Source: Cetorhinus maximus
Lineage: Eukaryota
Reading direction: 5' to 3'
Assembly: GCF_964194155.1 (NCBI RefSeq)
Contig: NC_135901.1
Location: forward strand, 22,444,001-22,508,000
DNA length: 64,000 nucleotides
The stretch's first letter is position 1. Every line of letters begins with the position of its first letter. The position numbers and the translations under genes were made by a program. The notes beneath the pieces were generated by a model. That model had not been told where the DNA came from and did not search any database. It was given only the letters and a program-made list of their open reading frames with translations. Shown here piece after piece: positions 60,635 through 64,000 of this stretch.

Positions 60635-61414
60635 TCACTCATGAACTCGCCGGTGTTTCAGCAGGTGGGATGACTGAGTGAATCTCTTCCCACACTCAGG
60701 GCAAATGAATGGCCTCTCCCCAGTGTGAACTTGCTGATGTCTCAGCAGGGTGGAGGACTGAGTGAATCCCTTCCCACACTCAGAGCGGGTAAACGGCCTC
60801 TCCCTCGTGTGGATGTACTGGTGTGTAGAGAGTTGAGATGATTGCCTGAACCCAGTCCCACAGTGAGAGCACATGAACAGTTTCTCATCAGTGTGAACAC
60901 GTTGATGAAGCATCAGTTCACTGGTACTTTTAAAGCACTTCCCACAGTCCAGGCATTTAAAATGTCTCTCCTTAGTGTGAACACGTTGATGGGACATCAG
61001 TTCCCAGGAACTTTTATAGCACTTCCCACAGACTAAGCATTTAAAAGGTCTCTCGCCAGTGTGAACACGCTGGTGCGTCAGGAGTTGCGATGACTGTGTG
61101 AATCGTTTCACACAGTCAGAGCAGGTGAATGGCCTCTCCCCAGTGTGAACTCGCTGATGCTTCAACAGGTTGTTTGACTTTGTGAATCCCTTCCCACACT
61201 CAGAGCAGGTGAACGGTCTCTCTCCAGTGTGACTGCGTCAATGAGTTTCCAGTTCAGACGGGTAACTGAATCCCTTCCCACAGTCCCCACATTTCCACAG
61301 CCTCTCCCTGTTGTGACCGCACTTGTGTTTGTCAGATGATCGGCTGAAGTCTCGTCCACACACAGAACACGTGTACGGTTTCTCCCCACTGTGAACAGTG
61401 ATTTTTCCTTCCAT
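60635..61414 (-). pseudogene. Type B zinc-finger pseudogene B5psi (9 fingers)
   Basis: ATG at 61414. Finger 1 has a 6-nt deletion, finger 2 has CGA>TGA (61238-61240) and finger 8 has C>R. Confidence 0.8.
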
Positions 61415-61869
61415 GTTCTAAGTCCAGTAAATTGGGTGACTTCACCAGATCCTGATGTGATGTTAGGTTTGAGTTTCCCAACTGCAAATCCTCCCCTTCT
61501 AATCCCCTGTGAAATTGATTTAAAACAGAGAAAAGGGAGTGAGAGAGAATCCACAAAAACACAAAGGTGGATTGTGAAATTGAACTGAATAAATCGAGTA
61601 ATTTGTGGGGCCAGCACTAGGAAAACGTGACCATTAAAGAAGCCAATTGTCATAAAAACCCAACTGGTTCACTAATGTCCATCAGGGAAGGGAATCTGTC
61701 ACCCAGCCCGGACCTACACAAGACTCTGGCCTCCATGAGAGGAGAGAGAGGGGTTGGAGACGCAGGAGGTAAGCGAGAGAGATTTTATTTTTCTACAACT
61801 CAGACAGAACTTTGACAGAATACCCCAAACCCTTAAACTCCACATCAAGAAGGACCAGGGTCGCAGGTG

Positions 61870-62360
61870 CACGTGGATGAGTGCAGCTCCCACAACACTC
61901 AAGAAGCTTGGCACTGTCCAGGACAAAGCAGTCCGCTTGATTGGCACCACATTCACAAACATTCACTCCCTCCACCACCAATGCACAGTGACAGCAGTGT
62001 GTACCATCTACAAGATGCACTGCAGGGATTCACCAAGGCTCCTTTGACAGCACCTTCCAAACCCATGACCACTACCACCTAGAAGGACAAGGGCAGCAGT
62101 TAGGTGGAAACACCACCAACTGGAAGCTCCCCTCCAAGTCACTCACCATCCTGACTTGGAAATATATCGGCCATTCCTTCACTGTCGCTGGGTCAAAATC
62201 CTGGACCTCCCTCCCTAACAGCACTGTGAGTGCACTTACACCACATGGACTGCAGCGGTTCAAGAAGACAGCTCACTACCACCTTCTCAAGGGCAACTAG
62301 GGATGGGCAATAAATGCTGGCGCAGCCAGTGAAGCCAGCATCCCGTGAATGAATTTTTAA
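61870..62360 (+). mobile_element. LINE 3' end (SINE-partner family)
   Basis: WMSAAPTTLKKLGTVQDKAVRLIG...LHHQCTV and the tail gggatgggcaataaatgctgg...gaatgaat. Confidence 0.75.
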
Positions 62361-62369
62361 AAATCCTTA

Positions 62370-62930
62370 GTTGCCTCTGGATTTAACTATCCTCACTCAC
62401 TTCAAGCCGGCCTCGCACATTCAACCTCCCTGTAATCTTGAGGTTATCCAAAACTCTGCTGTGTGTTTACTCACACCAAGTCTTGTTCACGCTTCAGCCC
62501 TGTGCTCACTGGCCTACAAACGTCTCATTTAAGAAGCACCAAAATTTAAAATTTGTCATCCTTGTTTTCAAATCCTCCCCATGGTTGCATTCATCCCTAT
62601 CTCTGTGATCTCCTCCAGCCACACAAACCTCTGAGATACCTGCACTGCTCTAATTCTGGCGTCCTGAGAATTCCTGATTTTACTCACTCCCACCTTGCTT
62701 GCCAAGGCCATAACCTGTGGAATTTCCTCCTCAACCTCTCCACCTCTCTCCCACTCTGTTGTTCTTTAAGATACTCTTTAAAAACTAACTCTTTGACCAA
62801 ACTAGTTGTCATCTGCCCTAACATCTCCATATGTGGGCTTGGTGTCAAATCTTGCTTTAGAACACTCCTGTGAAACACACATTGGAAAGTTGTATTCATA
62901 TGAACGGTGCTATATAAATACATGTTGTTG
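62370..62930 (+). mobile_element. L2 3' fragment in the B5psi intron
   Basis: Matches 56290-56990 and 21640-22440. Confidence 0.7.
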
Positions 62931-63889
62931 TTGCTGTTTTACATATATCACCGTTCCTTCATTTCTGGCTGAAAATCCTATAACTCCTTACCTAACATAT
63001 GGTAGGAACACTTTCACCACACAGACAGCAGCGGGTCAAGAAGGTCAAACATCTTCTCCACAGGTAACTGGGGACTGGTAATATATGCTGATCTTGTGGG
63101 ACTAACCGATCAGATCTTGTAGAGAGAGCCAGCATGGGCACAATGAGTTAAAGAGCCTCCTTCTATATGACTTGAAGAAAATGGACCTGTAGTGGAGTAC
63201 AGGGGCGAACGTCTGCCACCAATGCCTATCCTGCTACAAACTAGCTCTGGGTTGGTCTGTATGTGTTTCAAGACTCGGTTCTGCAAATAAAGCCTGCAAT
63301 AAAACAAAAGGAAAAGAAATGAATTATAGTGCAAGTAAAACAATTCCTGAATATAAAAGATTCTGTGGGAAGATAAAGCTGGGAAGCCAGCAGCACATGG
63401 TCAGGGATGGCCAGTGGTGGAAGCCTCAATTAGACATGATCAGCATAACTATCAGTAAATACTAAACATGGTTAAAACACACCCATTAGAAGAGACAGAG
63501 GAAGTTAGTCAATGGTAGAAAGATGATCAGGGAGGGCAGAGATGAAACAGAGGACATGTACTCAGATCCACAGTAAAGGAGCCACACCAGCCCCAGAGCC
63601 ATGGAACCTCTCACAGATAACGGAGCACAGAACTTAAAGCTCTAAAATGCAGATGAATGGTCAAAATACTCACCTCTGAAACAACTCCACTGTTTTCAAT
63701 TTTAAAATCTCCTGCTGGAGCCTGCAGCTGGAAAGATATCAGAAGCACTGGAGTCAGAGAAAAATCTCCCAGTTGAGAAAATACCGGGGGAGCAGGGTGA
63801 TGTCACCGTGCAATTGTCGGCGTGTGATGACATCACAGACACGAACACAGAACATCTGGGTCTGTGCAAACCAGTGATCATCACACATT

Positions 63890-64000
63890 ATGAAGGATGT
63901 GAGGGCCCTTGAGAGGGTGCAGGGGAGATTTACCAGAATGGTTCCAGGAATGAGGGATTATAGTTGCAAGGTTAGGTTGGAGAAATCGGGATTATTGTTC
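63890..64000 (+). mobile_element. CR1 fragment (runs off the window)
   Basis: gaaggatgtgagggcccttgagagggtgcaggggagatttaccagaatggttccagg. Confidence 0.75.

Overview
This is vertebrate DNA, most likely a cartilaginous fish (shark/ray), judged from the repeat spectrum (CR1, L2, RTE, Vingi-like and Penelope-like retroelements, tRNA-derived SINEs, solo-LTR-like elements). The window is a birth-and-death cluster of nine tandem C2H2 zinc-finger loci, each with one coding exon and no recognisable KRAB/SCAN/BTB domain. Six have long ORFs, one is frameshift-truncated and two are pseudogenes. They fall into two subfamilies, named here for convenience. Type A starts at MEKPWKC, downstream of stop-containing fossil fingers: A1 8374+, A2 38187+, A3psi ~42500+, A4 48515-. 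Type B starts at [13 protein letters not shown]: B1 12991+, B2 20907-, B3 30991+, B4 55632-, B5psi 61414-. The genes were duplicated as DNA units, in both orientations, together with CpG promoter modules (GC box, CCAAT, NRF1-like, YY1-like), non-coding exon modules and old TE fossils. The most notable signals are conserved atypical fingers that may be a KRAB-independent effector module, a finger linker converted into a Kozak start behind a conserved TGA, minimal hammerhead ribozyme motifs in Penelope-like tails, an env-like relic carried in the duplication unit, and a possible trypsin-like (FAM111-like) protease relic. TE boundaries are by-eye estimates (about +/-30 bp) and no database searches were run.
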